From positions 896,001-960,000 of the forward strand of contig OY969801.1 of NCBI GenBank assembly GCA_963703225.1: a stretch of DNA of 64,000 bases. The letters run 5' to 3'. The translations under genes and the position numbers were made by a program. Position 1 is the stretch's first letter. The number at the start of each line of letters is the position of its first letter. Of the stretch, positions 32,434-46,548 are shown piece by piece. This DNA is from Candidatus Eiseniibacteriota bacterium. Lineage in GTDB: Bacteria > Eisenbacteria > RBG-16-71-46 > SZUA-252. The notes below the pieces were generated by a model. The model was not told the DNA's origin, made no database searches, and saw only the letters and a program-made list of their open reading frames with translations.

Positions 32434-33594
32434 GTGGATTTCCAGCTGACGGAAGAGCAGGAGATGCTGCGCGCCGTCGCGCGCGAATTCGCCGACGGCG
32501 AGATCGCGCCGATCGCCTACCAGATCGACGCGACGGAGACGATCCCCGACGCGCTCCGGAAGAAGCTCCGCGAGAACAATTTTTTCTCGCTGTTGATTCC
32601 ACGCGACTACGGCGGCGTCGAAGTGGACGCGATCAGCTACGTGCTGGTGATGGAGGAGCTGTCGCGCGCTTCCGCGGCGGTGGGGATCACCATCTCCGTC
32701 CACAATTCCGTGGCGGCGGGCCCGATCGCGATGTTCGGCTCCAAGGAGCAGAAGGAGAAGTGGCTCCCGCTTCTCGCCGAGCGGCTGCTCGGCGCCTTCG
32801 CGCTCACCGAGCCGGGCTCCGGCTCCGACTCCGCAGCGCTCTCGACGCGCGCGGTCTGTCGGGACGGGGGCTACGTGCTGGACGGCGCCAAGACGTTCGT
32901 GACCAACGGAAAGTACGCCGATCTCTTCGTTCTGATGGCGCGGACGAGCCTGGAGCTGAAGCACCGAGGCATCACCGCGTTCCTCCTGGAACGCGGGAGC
33001 CCCGGCCTTACGGTGGGTCGAGCTCTCGAGAAGATGGGCATCCGAGGCTCGGATACAGTGGAGCTGTCGCTCACGGGCTGCCGCGTCGCGGCGGAAAACC
33101 GGCTCTCGGACGAGGGGAGGGGCTTTCGGGTCGCGATGCAGACCTTGGACGGCGGTCGGATCGGAGTCGCGGCGCAGGCCCTGGGGATCGCGCAGGCGGC
33201 GCTCGACGCCGCGGTGCGTTACGCTCGCGACCGGGTCCAGTTTGGAAAACCGATCTCGGAATTTCAGGCCATTCAGTGGATGATCGCGGACATGAAGGCG
33301 CAGATCGAGGCGGCGCGTCTTCTCACGCTCCGGGCCGCGTGGCTCAAGGACCAGGGGAAACCGCACGGGCCGGAGGCGTCCATGGCCAAGCTCCTCGCCT
33401 CGGCGGCGGCGCGCGAGGTGTCCGACCGGGCGGTCCAGATCCACGGCGGGTATGGCTACACCAGGGAATTCGCCGTGGAGCGGTATTATCGGGACGCCAA
33501 GGTGACGGAGCTATACGAAGGGACTTCGGAGATCCAGCGGATCGTGATCGCGAATTCGATGCTTCACCCCAAGGACGGGAAGAAGGCGCCGTGA
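32434..33594 (+). CDS. acyl-CoA dehydrogenase (butyryl-CoA DH-like)
   Basis: FALTEPGSGSD, KTFVTNG, KMGIRGS, LDGGRIG, QIHGGYGY, YEGTSEIQR. Confidence 0.93.
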   Translation: MDFQLTEEQEMLRAVAREFADGEIAPIAYQIDATETIPDALRKKLRENNFFSLLIPRDYGGVEVDAISYVLVMEELSRASAAVGITISVHNSVAAGPIAMFGSKEQKEKWLPLLAERLLGAFALTEPGSGSDSAALSTRAVCRDGGYVLDGAKTFVTNGKYADLFVLMARTSLELKHRGITAFLLERGSPGLTVGRALEKMGIRGSDTVELSLTGCRVAAENRLSDEGRGFRVAMQTLDGGRIGVAAQALGIAQAALDAAVRYARDRVQFGKPISEFQAIQWMIADMKAQIEAARLLTLRAAWLKDQGKPHGPEASMAKLLASAAAREVSDRAVQIHGGYGYTREFAVERYYRDAKVTELYEGTSEIQRIVIANSMLHPKDGKKAP

Positions 33595-33688
33595 GCGCGA
33601 AACTGTCACGGACCCTGGGGGCCGTCCAGGGGTTCGACCGAGGTAAGAGCCGCCAAACCCGCCACGGCACAGGGAGGGGGTCGACACC

Positions 33689-34417
33689 ATGAAGGTGCGC
33701 GTCTCGTTTCGGAATTCCACGCGTTGGCTTAGGCGGGGGCTGGTCGGCGCTCTGCTCCTGCCGCTCGCCCTGCTCCTCCCCTCGGGGCCCTGTTCTTGGT
33801 CCGAAGCCGCTTTGGCGGAGCCCTCGCCGACTGCGCCTGACGCGTCGGGCGATGCTCCCGAGGTCGCGCCGGTCCCGGACTCGATGCCCTATTTCGGCGA
33901 TGCCGATTCCGATGTGGCCGGAGAGCACTACGTGGCGGAGATCGCCGATTCGGTCTACACGGTGGGCCCGGCCCAGTTCTTCGCGCTCGACTTCCCTGAT
34001 CCGGCGGGCGCTCGCGCGGTCCACCTCTCGGGCACCGTCACCGTCACCGACAAGAAGGGCGACATCCAGGTGCGCCTCTTTCGCGCCGCCGACTATCAGT
34101 CGTGGCTCAAGAAGCGCGGCGGCGAAAAAGCGGAGCCGGTCTGGTCCTCCAAGCGGTCCCGAAACATTACGATCGACCAGGATCTCAAGAAGGTGGGTCC
34201 TTTCGTTCTCCTGCTCGACAACGGCTACTCCATGAGGACCGCGAAGCACCTTCGCACCCAATTGCAGATTCAGTACCGGCGGCACGGAGGCGCGCCCGGC
34301 GCCGCCTCGTCCACCACGACGCCGGCGCCGGTGGATGACATCGTGACGCCGAGGGCGAACACCGAGGAAGAAACGCCGCCGCCGCCGCCCCCTCCTCCCG
34401 ACGGAGGGTCCAACTAG
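33689..34417 (+). CDS. hypothetical exported beta-sandwich protein with poly-Pro tail
   Basis: GGGAGG SD, signal peptide, LSGTVTV..DIQV..FVLLLDNGYS (GOLD-like), C-terminal run of eight Pro. Confidence 0.55.
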   Translation: MKVRVSFRNSTRWLRRGLVGALLLPLALLLPSGPCSWSEAALAEPSPTAPDASGDAPEVAPVPDSMPYFGDADSDVAGEHYVAEIADSVYTVGPAQFFALDFPDPAGARAVHLSGTVTVTDKKGDIQVRLFRAADYQSWLKKRGGEKAEPVWSSKRSRNITIDQDLKKVGPFVLLLDNGYSMRTAKHLRTQLQIQYRRHGGAPGAASSTTTPAPVDDIVTPRANTEEETPPPPPPPPDGGSN

Positions 34418-34432
34418 GCAGGGGAGTCCGGG

Positions 34433-35938
34433 CTACTTCGAATCCTCGGGCTTGGGCCGCGGGTAGCCGGGCCCGCGCAGGAGCAGGAGTTGCCCTCCGC
34501 CTTTTCGCCCGCGGAACTGCGCGACCGGAAGATTGTGGGCCTGCACCGCGATCAACCACGTGTCGGGCCCGAAGACGTCGCTCGCGTCGGCGATCCCGGT
34601 CGACTCCCACTCGCCCCCCACGCCCTTCCCCAAAAACCGTCCCTTGGAATCCTGCTCCGCGCACTCCGCCATCGGGTCGAGTCGCCTCGTCCGCGTGTCG
34701 TATCGAAGGATACGAGCCGTGTGGAGCCCGCGGTATTCCGGATCTTCCTGAATCCAGACATACCGGTCGTCGGTGTCGAGATTGTCGGGGCGATAGAGGT
34801 CGTCCCCCTCGTCCCCATCCAGCACCACGCGAATCTCCTCGACGCGGGTGGGGTTGAAGGGATCGAGTCGCGCGTAGTAGAGGCGGCCCGCGCCGGTCAC
34901 CAATCGGGCAGCCACCGGATCGTAGAAATCTGCGGCGCCGGTGTCGACGAAGTAAAATCCGTTCGGAATCTCGCGGTCGGGCGCGACGTCCTCCAGCCGC
35001 ACAAAATTGAGGCATCCGGCCCCTTGAGCCCTTGCCTCGAGCCGTCCCGGCAGCTCCGCGACCGGGCGGCCCGGGTCATCCTGTCCGACCGGCATAAAGG
35101 TCCCGGTCATCGGCCTCGACTTGGTGATCATGCTGGAGAGCCGCGAGTCTTGGCGGCCGGCGGGATTGTCGAGTCGAAAGACGTAGAGGCGTCCGCGTCC
35201 CGCGAGAAAATCCGAGTCGTTCTCGGCGAGGTACATGTAGAGCTGGGATTGGCCCGGGTAGTAGTCCTCCGTGAGAATCGCCACGATCTTCCCCGAGGAA
35301 ACCGGCACGACCGTGGTCTTCTCGTGCGAGAAGTGACCCAGCCAGGGAAGGTTGGAGACGGTGCCGTCGCGCACGTCGACCGCGGCCACGACTCCGCGGT
35401 AGATTCCCTCCAGGGATTCCTCATTGACCAGGAAGTAGGGCGAGAGGAATCCGTCGCGCTGCCCGACCAGCGTCGCGGCGCAGAGCCGCGAATAGCCCTC
35501 CGTGCCGTCGACGAGGTAGTCGCCACCCAGGACTCCGAAGTTTCGCAGGTCGATGGCGAGCCGGGATACGAAGGAGCCCGCGTATCCGTCGTGCCATGAG
35601 AGCTCGTGGGTGACGTAGATCTCGGCGAGGCCCTTTTCGGTCTGCCGGATGCCGATTCCATCCGGCTCGGGCGCGAACACATAGGGAATGGTGACGGTGT
35701 CGGGCGGAGCGAGGGTATCGCCCACCGTGATGATCGGGATCAAGGAGACGTCCTCGCGGAGGGGACGCACCATGGCGGGGGTCTGCGTGCGAACCCCCAT
35801 GCCGGGACCCAAGATGAGAGGGCCGCGGGTGTAGCCGCAGAGGGAAACGAGGCCCAGGGCGCAGGCGAGCGCGCGGATCGCGTTCCGCGCGGCCGTGAAG
35901 TCGAACGGCTTGAGAAGGGGTCCGCCTCGGCGGCTCAC
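34433..35938 (-). CDS. DUF839/PhoX-like secreted phosphatase
   Basis: PDGIG, LCAAT, NEE, FSHE, ILTED, FVRLED, RPDNL, IQED, WESTGI, VQAH; GTG at 35938 after AAGGAG. Confidence 0.65.
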   Translation of the reverse strand: MSRRGGPLLKPFDFTAARNAIRALACALGLVSLCGYTRGPLILGPGMGVRTQTPAMVRPLREDVSLIPIITVGDTLAPPDTVTIPYVFAPEPDGIGIRQTEKGLAEIYVTHELSWHDGYAGSFVSRLAIDLRNFGVLGGDYLVDGTEGYSRLCAATLVGQRDGFLSPYFLVNEESLEGIYRGVVAAVDVRDGTVSNLPWLGHFSHEKTTVVPVSSGKIVAILTEDYYPGQSQLYMYLAENDSDFLAGRGRLYVFRLDNPAGRQDSRLSSMITKSRPMTGTFMPVGQDDPGRPVAELPGRLEARAQGAGCLNFVRLEDVAPDREIPNGFYFVDTGAADFYDPVAARLVTGAGRLYYARLDPFNPTRVEEIRVVLDGDEGDDLYRPDNLDTDDRYVWIQEDPEYRGLHTARILRYDTRTRRLDPMAECAEQDSKGRFLGKGVGGEWESTGIADASDVFGPDTWLIAVQAHNLPVAQFRGRKGGGQLLLLRGPGYPRPKPEDSK

Positions 35939-35939
35939 G

Positions 35940-36410
35940 TCACTCCTTGTCGTCCCCCGACGGGGGCGGCGCCACCTTGTATTCTCCATTCTCGCGGCGG
36001 ACCACCTCGTACGGCGAGCTGTCCCCGCCGTCGTTGTAATAGATGAGCGTGACGTCCTTGTCGGTCATCTCGATTCCGTGCTGCGTCTTGGCGTACGGAA
36101 GGACGTACTCGCGAACCGCGTTCACAAAGGCTTCGATCTCCCGCTTGGCGCCCGCGACCTCCTCGGCGCTGCCCACCACGTAGGTCACGACGTTCTGCGC
36201 CTTCCGGTCGTAGTACACCAACGTCGACGCTTCGAGTCCCGCCACCACGTTGAAGAGGCCGCCCACCCGGACGGCGATGTCGTCCCCCACCGTGTACGAG
36301 AAGCTCTGGGAGAGTCGTTTGTTGTCGGCTCGGGCCGGATTGGCGCCCGCCAACACGATCAGGGCGAGAGACGCGGCGGCTAGCGATCGAGCGGCGATCT
36401 GGCGCTTCAT
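35940..36410 (-). CDS. hypothetical exported protein
   Basis: GGAGG SD, MKRQ..signal peptide ..ARA-D, overlaps the mce stop. Confidence 0.6.
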   Translation of the reverse strand: MKRQIAARSLAAASLALIVLAGANPARADNKRLSQSFSYTVGDDIAVRVGGLFNVVAGLEASTLVYYDRKAQNVVTYVVGSAEEVAGAKREIEAFVNAVREYVLPYAKTQHGIEMTDKDVTLIYYNDGGDSSPYEVVRRENGEYKVAPPPSGDDKE

Positions 36411-36826
36411 GGTTTCCTCCGTTCGCACAATTCAACCAGGACCCCACCGAGGGAGCGGGGGTGCAGAAACGCGATCTTCATGCCGTGGCCACCTTGCCGC
36501 GGGGTGCGATCGATCAGCTCGAATCCCTGGGACTCGGCGTGGGCCAACGCGGCTTCCAGGTCCGGGACCTGAAAGGCGAGATGGTGGATCCCGCCCCCGC
36601 GCCGTTCCAGGAAGCGGCCGATCGGCGTATCGGCCGCGGTCGGCTCCAGAAGCTCGATGACGGTCCCGCCCGCCTCGAGGTAGGCGATCTTGAGGTTCAT
36701 CGTCTCGAGGGTCTGCGTCTCCTCGAGCCGAAATCCCAGCTTCTTCCAGATCGGGATGGCCGCGTCGAGCGACGCCACGGGAATGCCGACGTGGGCCAGG
36801 CCGAGGATGGGACCGGGAGTCGTCAC
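36407..36826 (-). CDS. mce: methylmalonyl-CoA epimerase
   Basis: HVGIPV, IELLEP, FLERRG.GIHHLAF, IAFLHP...GGVLVELCE. Confidence 0.92.
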   Translation of the reverse strand: MTTPGPILGLAHVGIPVASLDAAIPIWKKLGFRLEETQTLETMNLKIAYLEAGGTVIELLEPTAADTPIGRFLERRGGGIHHLAFQVPDLEAALAHAESQGFELIDRTPRQGGHGMKIAFLHPRSLGGVLVELCERRKP

Positions 36827-37659
36827 GGGCCGGCCGCTCCAGGGTGATGCCAGAGATAGGCGATCACGACCACGCCGAGGGCGATGCGGTACCAGCCAAA
36901 CGGAGCCAAGCCTCGGCTCGTGACGTACCGGAGAAAGCCGCGGATCGCCAGCGCCGCGACGATGGCCGAAACGACGAGCCCCACGACCAGGGGCCCGGGG
37001 CCTCCCAGCGCTGGTCCCGTCAGGCCGGGGTAGTTCTTGGCCAGGTCGTAGAGCGTCGCCATGCCCAGCGTGGGGAGCGCGAGGAGGAACGAGAACTCCG
37101 CCGCCGCCACCGGGGAAGCGCCCAGGAGGAGCGCCGCGAGCATCGTCGCCAGCGCGCGCGAGGTGCCGGGCCAGAGGGAGAGGCACTGCGCGAGCCCGAT
37201 GAGAAACGCCGTCTGGACCGGGATATCGTCGATGGTCGGGTAGCGCGGCGCCGAGCTCTTGGCCGCGATGCGGCGGGACGTGGCGAGGATGAGGATGCCG
37301 CCGGCCACGAGCGCCACGGCGACCGTGCGCGGCCCGAACAGATGGGCGTGGATCCACCGGTGCGCCGCCAGTCCCAGGAGCGCGGCGGGCAGGAACGCCA
37401 CGGTCAGCTTGACGAGGAGCGCCCGACCCCGGGAATGCGGGCTCACCGCTCCGAGAAAAAGCTCGCCGACGCGCGCGCGGTAGAGCCAGACCACGGCGAG
37501 CAGGGCGCCCGCCTGGATCACCACTTCGAACGCGTTCATCTCGCCGCCGACCAGCCCCATCACGTGCGCCGCGAGGATGAGGTGCCCGGTCGAGGAGACG
37601 GGGAGGAACTCGGTGAGCCCCTCCACGGCTCCGAGAATGGCCGCCTGGAATAGATTCAA
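36823..37659 (-). CDS. uppP: undecaprenyl-diphosphate phosphatase
   Basis: GAVEGLTEFLPVSSTGHL, IQAGA, GLAQCLSLWPGTSR, AEFSFLLALP, FGWYRI. Confidence 0.93.
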   Translation of the reverse strand: MNLFQAAILGAVEGLTEFLPVSSTGHLILAAHVMGLVGGEMNAFEVVIQAGALLAVVWLYRARVGELFLGAVSPHSRGRALLVKLTVAFLPAALLGLAAHRWIHAHLFGPRTVAVALVAGGILILATSRRIAAKSSAPRYPTIDDIPVQTAFLIGLAQCLSLWPGTSRALATMLAALLLGASPVAAAEFSFLLALPTLGMATLYDLAKNYPGLTGPALGGPGPLVVGLVVSAIVAALAIRGFLRYVTSRGLAPFGWYRIALGVVVIAYLWHHPGAAGP

Positions 37660-37668
37660 CGCCCCTCC

Positions 37669-39168
<1,500 letters not shown>

Positions 39169-39173
39169 GATGG

Positions 39174-39677
39174 CTAGGTTTCCTCCGGTCGAATCGTCAT
39201 GAGGAGCTGGCCTGCCTCGACCGCGACCCCGGGCGCGACGGAGATCTCCGTCACGCGCCCCGAGAGGGGTGCCGCGAGCGCGTTCTGCATCTTCATCGCC
39301 TCCACGATCACGACCGGTTGCCCGCCCTCCACCGCGCTGCCCATCTCCGCGAGGATCTCGACGATCAGCCCGGGCATCGGCGCGTGTATCTCTCCGCGCG
39401 TGAGGTCGGCGTCGGTCCGGCGCCTGCCGAGCTTGGGCGCCCGCGGGTCCCGCTCCCGGAATCGGTAGGCTCGGCCGCCGATCTCGACCACGATATCGAG
39501 TCCCTCGCGCCGGGCGGAGGCCTCGACCGGCCTGCCGTCGATCAGCACGCGCATGGTTCGCCCCAAGGTCCCTTCGACCCGATGTTTGCCGGAGTCCGTG
39601 GCCACGAGGTAGCCGTCGCCCTCCGGGACGAGGAGAAACGAGCGATCGCGCCCATCGCGCGTGAGGACGAAGGTCAC
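39174..39677 (-). CDS. biotin carboxyl carrier subunit
   Basis: [16 protein letters not shown] biotinylation motif; GTG at 39677. Confidence 0.9.
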   Translation of the reverse strand: MTFVLTRDGRDRSFLLVPEGDGYLVATDSGKHRVEGTLGRTMRVLIDGRPVEASARREGLDIVVEIGGRAYRFRERDPRAPKLGRRRTDADLTRGEIHAPMPGLIVEILAEMGSAVEGGQPVVIVEAMKMQNALAAPLSGRVTEISVAPGVAVEAGQLLMTIRPEET

Positions 39678-41263
39678 CGCCCACCTCGGGCGAGTTCGGT
39701 CCGAAGACCGGGTAGCGCCGTGCGCCAACGGCTGGATGAGCCCGGCAGCCCGGCGGCCATCGGCCCTCGCGTCTCGCCGATTCGGCCCCACTCCGACCGG
39801 ACCGGATCGACGAGCGGTGCTCCCGCGTCGAGCTTGGCGAAGATGGCCGCCAGGATGGCCGCATCCTCCGCCGTGCGCGCGTCGTCCATGGGCTCCGTGC
39901 GCTTGAATTGGTGCGCGAGGAACGCGGTGTCGTAGCGCCCGGTCACGAACGCCTCCTGCACCAGAAGCCAGCGGTGGAGCGGCAAGGTCGTGTGGATCCC
40001 TTCCAAGAGGCACTCGTGGAGCGCGCGGCGGGCGCGCGCCACAGCCTCCCCCCGCGTCGCCGACCAGACGATGATCTTTCCGATCAGCGGGTCGTAGTGA
40101 ACCGGGACCGTGTCGCCCGAGCGGACGCCGAAATCGCACCGGACGCCCGGGCCGCCGGGAAGCTCGAGCCGGCGGACGGCGCCCGCCTGGGGCAAGAAGC
40201 CCTGATCGGGATCCTCGGCGTAGACCCGGAATTCCATGGCGGCGCCGCGCGGGGCCACGTCTTCCTGCGCGAACGCGAGCGGCTCGCCCTGGGCGATCTG
40301 GATCTGCTCCCGCACGAGGTCGAGCCCGAGCACCATCTCGGTCACCGGGTGCTCCACCTGAAGCCTCGCGTTCATCTCGAGGAAGTAGAAGCGCCCTGAC
40401 TGATCCATCAGGAACTCGGCCGTCCCGGCGTTGGTGTAGCGGCCGGCGGTGGCGACGCGAACCGCCAGCGCCCAGAGCTCCCGGCGGCGCGCGTCGTCGA
40501 GCGCGGGGGAAGGGGTCTCCTCGACCAGCTTCTGATGGCGCCGCTGGACGGAACAGTCGCGCTCGCCCAGCGCGAGCACGTGCCCGTGAGCGTCGGCGAG
40601 GATCTGGACCTCGATGTGCCGGGGTTTTTCGAGCCACCGTTCGAGATAGAGCCGGTCGTCGCCAAAGGCGCCTCGCGCCTCCCCCTGGGTGAGGCGCACC
40701 GCTTGCTCGAACTCGGTCGGCCCGTTCACCCGACGCATTCCCTTACCGCCTCCACCGGCGGCCGCCTTGAGCACGACGGGATACCCGATTCCCTCGGCCG
40801 CGCGGCGGAGCTCGGACGGGTCGCTCACGGGGCCCTCCGTGCCGGGGAGGACCGGCACGCCCGCCGCGATCGCGAGCGCCTTCGCGCGAACCTTGTCGCC
40901 CACCGCGCGCGTCGCCTCGGGCGTCGGGCCGATCCAGATGAGCCCCGCGCGGATGACCTTCTCGGCGAAGTCGGCCGACTCGGCGAGGAACCCGTACCCG
41001 GGATGGATCGCGTCGGCCTTCGCGCCTTGCGCCGTGTCGATGATCCGTGCGGCGTCGAGATAACTCCGCGCCGCGGCGGCTAAGCCGATGCGGCACGCCT
41101 CGTCGGCCGCATGGACGTGGGGCGCGTCCCGGTCCGCGTCGGAAAAGACGGCGACCGAGGCGATGTCCATCTCCCGCAGCGTCCGGCAGACGCGGATCGC
41201 GATTTCGCCGCGATTCGCCACCAGGACCTTCCGGATCGGCTTCGGCTTCGCGCGGCGGCTCAT
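39674..41263 (-). CDS. biotin carboxylase subunit of acyl-CoA (propionyl-CoA) carboxylase
   Basis: [52 protein letters not shown]. Confidence 0.93.
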   Translation of the reverse strand: MSRRAKPKPIRKVLVANRGEIAIRVCRTLREMDIASVAVFSDADRDAPHVHAADEACRIGLAAAARSYLDAARIIDTAQGAKADAIHPGYGFLAESADFAEKVIRAGLIWIGPTPEATRAVGDKVRAKALAIAAGVPVLPGTEGPVSDPSELRRAAEGIGYPVVLKAAAGGGGKGMRRVNGPTEFEQAVRLTQGEARGAFGDDRLYLERWLEKPRHIEVQILADAHGHVLALGERDCSVQRRHQKLVEETPSPALDDARRRELWALAVRVATAGRYTNAGTAEFLMDQSGRFYFLEMNARLQVEHPVTEMVLGLDLVREQIQIAQGEPLAFAQEDVAPRGAAMEFRVYAEDPDQGFLPQAGAVRRLELPGGPGVRCDFGVRSGDTVPVHYDPLIGKIIVWSATRGEAVARARRALHECLLEGIHTTLPLHRWLLVQEAFVTGRYDTAFLAHQFKRTEPMDDARTAEDAAILAAIFAKLDAGAPLVDPVRSEWGRIGETRGPMAAGLPGSSSRWRTALPGLRTELARGGR

Positions 41264-41273
41264 CGGGATATCG

Positions 41274-42829
<1,556 letters not shown>

Positions 42830-42986
42830 GACCGGAATCTCCGAGGTCGGTGCGCGAGGGTGGCGAGCCGGGCCATCCTATCGGAACTCCCTCCCGGCCG
42901 CAATCGGCGGGTCGCGCGCGGCCCCGATCGATGTACAATGCGTGCCCTGCGCGTCCGGTTCCAATCCCAACGGAGGAGCATACGCC

Positions 42987-43872
42987 ATGTCCCCGCGTCG
43001 TTCCCGTTCCGCCCTCAAAGAGCGCCGCCTGTCGCACCTTGGACTGGATGGAGATGGGCGAGCATGTGCCGCGCAGGATCCGGACGCTGCTCCTGCCCGT
43101 CGGGACGCTCGAGGCGCACGGGATCACCAGCCTCGGGACCGACATCGTGATTCCAACCCGGTTGAGCGAGGCCGTCGCCGAACGGTTGAACGCGCTCGTG
43201 GCCCCGGCCATCCCCTTCGGCGTGACCGCGCACTTGGGGGCGCTCGCGGGCGGCACGCACGTCCGCGCCGAGGTCTTCACCGACTACGTGGTGGCGGTGC
43301 TCACGACGCTGTCCCACCAGGGGTTCTCGAACATCATCGTCATGAACGGGCACGGGGGGAACACCGATCCGTTGAAGGAGGCCGCGCGGCGCGTGCACGA
43401 GGAGGTGGGCACCTACGTGGCGGTCTTCTCCTGGTGGACCGAATGCCGCGCGCTATGCGAGGAGATCCTCGGCGTGCCGGGGGGCCACGGCGGCTCCGAT
43501 GAAACGGCTGCGATGCTGGCGATCGCCGCGGACCAGGTCTTTCCGGAGCGTTGGGATCCGTCCATCGCGTTCGAGCACAAGGATTCGCTGGTCGCCTACC
43601 CCACGCCCGGATCGCTGATCTTCTACAACGGCCGAAGGAGCGACCCCGTGTTCCACACCAAGCGCGCGCTGGCGTTCTGGGGGCGCGTGGTGGAGCACGT
43701 CGGGGAGGTTCTGGAGGATCTGGTCCTGCGATGGGATCGGGAGGGGTTTCCCGCGCCGCGCTCGCGCCGCCGGGGCCAGAGCCGGGGGGCCGCCGGAGGC
43801 GGGACCCCGCACCGTCCGGGAATCGCAGCCGTGCCGCCCCAATCGCCAGGCCGACGCACCCCCAAGCGGTGA
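42987..43872 (+). CDS. creatininase/creatinine amidohydrolase family protein, frameshift near 43035
   Basis: LLPVGTLEAHG, GTD, NGHGGN, GHGGSDET; ATG at 42987 has a GGAGGAG SD. Confidence 0.85.
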
Positions 43873-43910
43873 ACGGGCGCCCGTCGCGCCTATGCTAGGA
43901 TGCGCGATCC

Positions 43911-44654
43911 ATGGAAGAAGTTTGGGGCGAGCGCATCACCCGCGCGTGGGCGGATCAGTTTCCGATCGCGCCCTACCGAAAACTCCTCCTTCGCCAGCAA
44001 GCCCCCCAGGGCACGCGCGCGCTCGAAGTGGGGAGCGGCCCGGCGCACGACTCGCTGCCGCTGGCGGAGCGCGGGTTTCAGGTTTGGGGCGTGGATTGGT
44101 CGCGCGCCGGGCTCCTGGCCGGGCGCCAGCTCTACCGCGACGAGGGACAGACGCTCCACCCCGTCCGCGCCGACATCCGGGCCCTGCCGTTCCGTGAGGG
44201 CTCGTTCGACTTTGTCTGGAACGCCGGGGTGTTGGAGCACTTTCACGACGAGGACGTGCTGCGCATCGTGTCGGAGATGCGCCGGGTGGCGAAACCAGGG
44301 GGAACGGTCCTCGCGGTCGTCCCGAACCGATTCTATTTCTGGTACCAGGCGCACCTGGCGTGGAAGAAGCTTCTCCATCGGCAGCATCAATACGATTTCG
44401 AGCGGGCGTTCGACGCGGGCTATCTGGCCAGGCAATTTCGGCGGGCGGGACTGCGCAACGTCTCGATGACCGGCATCCATCTCCATCCGGCCCCGAGCTT
44501 CCTCATCCCCAAGACGGGATGGCTCACGAAGATCTTCGCGCGCCTTTGCGCGCCGCTCGAGGCGGCGGGGCGGCACAGCCCGGTGCGGGCCTACCTGGGG
44601 CTCGATCTCGTCGTCTGGGCGCGCAAGGATGAAGGCGAGGACGCCCCGAGATGA
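43911..44654 (+). CDS. class I SAM-dependent methyltransferase
   Basis: LEVGSG, GVDWS, ADIRALPF..SFD, GVLEHF, RVAKPGG, VPN. Confidence 0.88.
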   Translation: MEEVWGERITRAWADQFPIAPYRKLLLRQQAPQGTRALEVGSGPAHDSLPLAERGFQVWGVDWSRAGLLAGRQLYRDEGQTLHPVRADIRALPFREGSFDFVWNAGVLEHFHDEDVLRIVSEMRRVAKPGGTVLAVVPNRFYFWYQAHLAWKKLLHRQHQYDFERAFDAGYLARQFRRAGLRNVSMTGIHLHPAPSFLIPKTGWLTKIFARLCAPLEAAGRHSPVRAYLGLDLVVWARKDEGEDAPR

Positions 44655-45066
44655 ATTCGTTTCCGCTGGAAGACGACGCCATGTGCTTCTGCTGCGGGAG
44701 CAAGAACCCGATCGGGCTTCGGCTGGAATTCGAGCACCACCCCCGAGGGGCGGATGCGAACCATCTGGACGCCGCGAAAGGAGCATCAGGGATTCAAGGA
44801 CATTGTCCACGGCGGGCTGGTCGCGACCGTGCTGGACGAAGTGATGGTGCGCCTGTTATATATACGCGGAATCCAGGCCGTGACCGCCGGCTATGGAGAC
44901 GCGCTTGAGCAGGCCGGTTCGCTCGGGGAACGCGTACCGATTCGAGGGCTGGATCGTCCGGGATCGGGGGCGCGCCGTGATCACCGAGGCGGAAGCGGTC
45001 GAGGTCGATACCGGTCAGCGTGTCGCGTGGGGGAGAGCGACGTGCATGCGGATCGGAACACCGTGA
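44651..45066 (+). CDS. PaaI family thioesterase, frameshifted
   Basis: CFCCG..NPIGL, HQGF..IVHGG...VLDEVM, AVTA. Confidence 0.8.
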
Positions 45067-45088
45067 GGCACGAAAGGAGCGTTGAGTC

Positions 45089-45529
45089 ATGAGGAAGCTA
45101 ATGCTGGTGCTGTGCGGCATCCTGGTCCTCGGAGTGGTGGCGCAGCCGGCAAGCGCCAAGCCCGGCGCCTACGCGGGATTCTGCACGAATCCCGACGACT
45201 TCATGTTCGGTCTCAAGTGGATGAAGCCGCTGGAGTCGGAGAACCTCTGGCTGGCCCCGAGCGTGGAGGCGGGATTCGGCGACGTGACGATGATCGCCGG
45301 GAACGTCGACCTCCACTATCGCTTCAAGGGCAAGACGAAGTTCTACGCCGGCGGCGGCGCCACGCTCAACTGGTTCGATTTCGATGGCGGGAGCGACACG
45401 GAATTCGGCGGAAGCATCCTCGGCGGAATCATGCTCAGTACGAAGAGCGGCAAGCTGCCCTACTTCGAGACCAAGCTGGGGCTCGGAGACGTTCCCGACT
45501 GGAAATTCCTGCTGGGATTGAACTTCTAG
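45089..45529 (+). CDS. small outer-membrane beta-barrel protein
   Basis: signal peptide ..ASA-K, amphipathic strands, C-terminal LLGLNF. Confidence 0.7.
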   Translation: MRKLMLVLCGILVLGVVAQPASAKPGAYAGFCTNPDDFMFGLKWMKPLESENLWLAPSVEAGFGDVTMIAGNVDLHYRFKGKTKFYAGGGATLNWFDFDGGSDTEFGGSILGGIMLSTKSGKLPYFETKLGLGDVPDWKFLLGLNF

Positions 45530-45569
45530 GAAAGCGCGGAAGATTAGCAGAGCTTCCATCGCGAAGGTG

Positions 45570-46548
45570 CTACTCCTGTAGCACCTTCGCGAATTCCTCC
45601 GTCAGCGCCGGTACCACCTGATAGAGATCCCCGACGATTCCAAAGGACGCGATCTTGAAGATCGGAGCGTCCTTGTCCTTGTTGATCGCGACGATCGTCT
45701 TGGACGAGGACATGCCGGCCATGTGCTGGATGGCGCCCGAGATGCCGATCGCGAAGTAGACGGATGGGTTCACGACCTTTCCGGTCTGGCCCACCTGGTG
45801 GCTGTGGTCGATCCAGCCCGCGTCGACGGCCGCGCGGGACGCGCCGAGCGTGGCGCCCGAGCACCTTGCAGAGCTTCCTCAGCAGCTCGAAGTTCTCGGG
45901 GCCTTGCATGGCGCGCCCGCCGCTCACGATGATGTTCGCCTCGGTGAGGTCGACCATTTCGCCCTCGGACTTCTCGAACCCAACGACGCGCGCCCGGGTC
46001 TTCACATCGCCCACCGCGATCCGCTCGACCGCGGCCTTCCGGGACGCATCGGGCTCCACGGGAGTGAAGGTGTTCGGGCGCACCGACGCCACCTGGGGAC
46101 GCGCCGCGCTCCACGCGACCCGCGCGAACGCCTTGCCCGCGAAGATCGGTCGGCGCGCGATCAGCGCGCCGTCCTTCCACTCGAACCCGACGCAGTCCGA
46201 CGCGAGCCCCACGCGAAGCCGCGCCGAGACGCGCGGCGCCAGATCCTTGCCGTGGGCCGTCGCGCCCACGAGCAGCACATCGGGCTTGGCCTTCTCGACG
46301 GCCAGCCGCACGCCCTCGGCCCAGGCTTCGGGGGCGTAGACGGCGAGCGACGCCCCCTCCGCCACGTAGACGGTGTCCGCGCCGTGCCGCGCCAACCGGT
46401 CGGCCTCGCCTTCGGCCAGTCCGCCGAGGACAATCGCGCCCACCGTTTGGCCGCCCTGTGCCTGGGCGAGGCGCCGGGCTTCGGCCAGCATCTCGAGGGA
46501 GATTTTCCGGACCGACCCGTCCTTCGTCTCCGCGACGATCGCGATCAT
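45570..46548 (-). CDS. etfA: electron transfer flavoprotein alpha, frameshift near 45860
   Basis: [50 protein letters not shown]. Confidence 0.93.
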
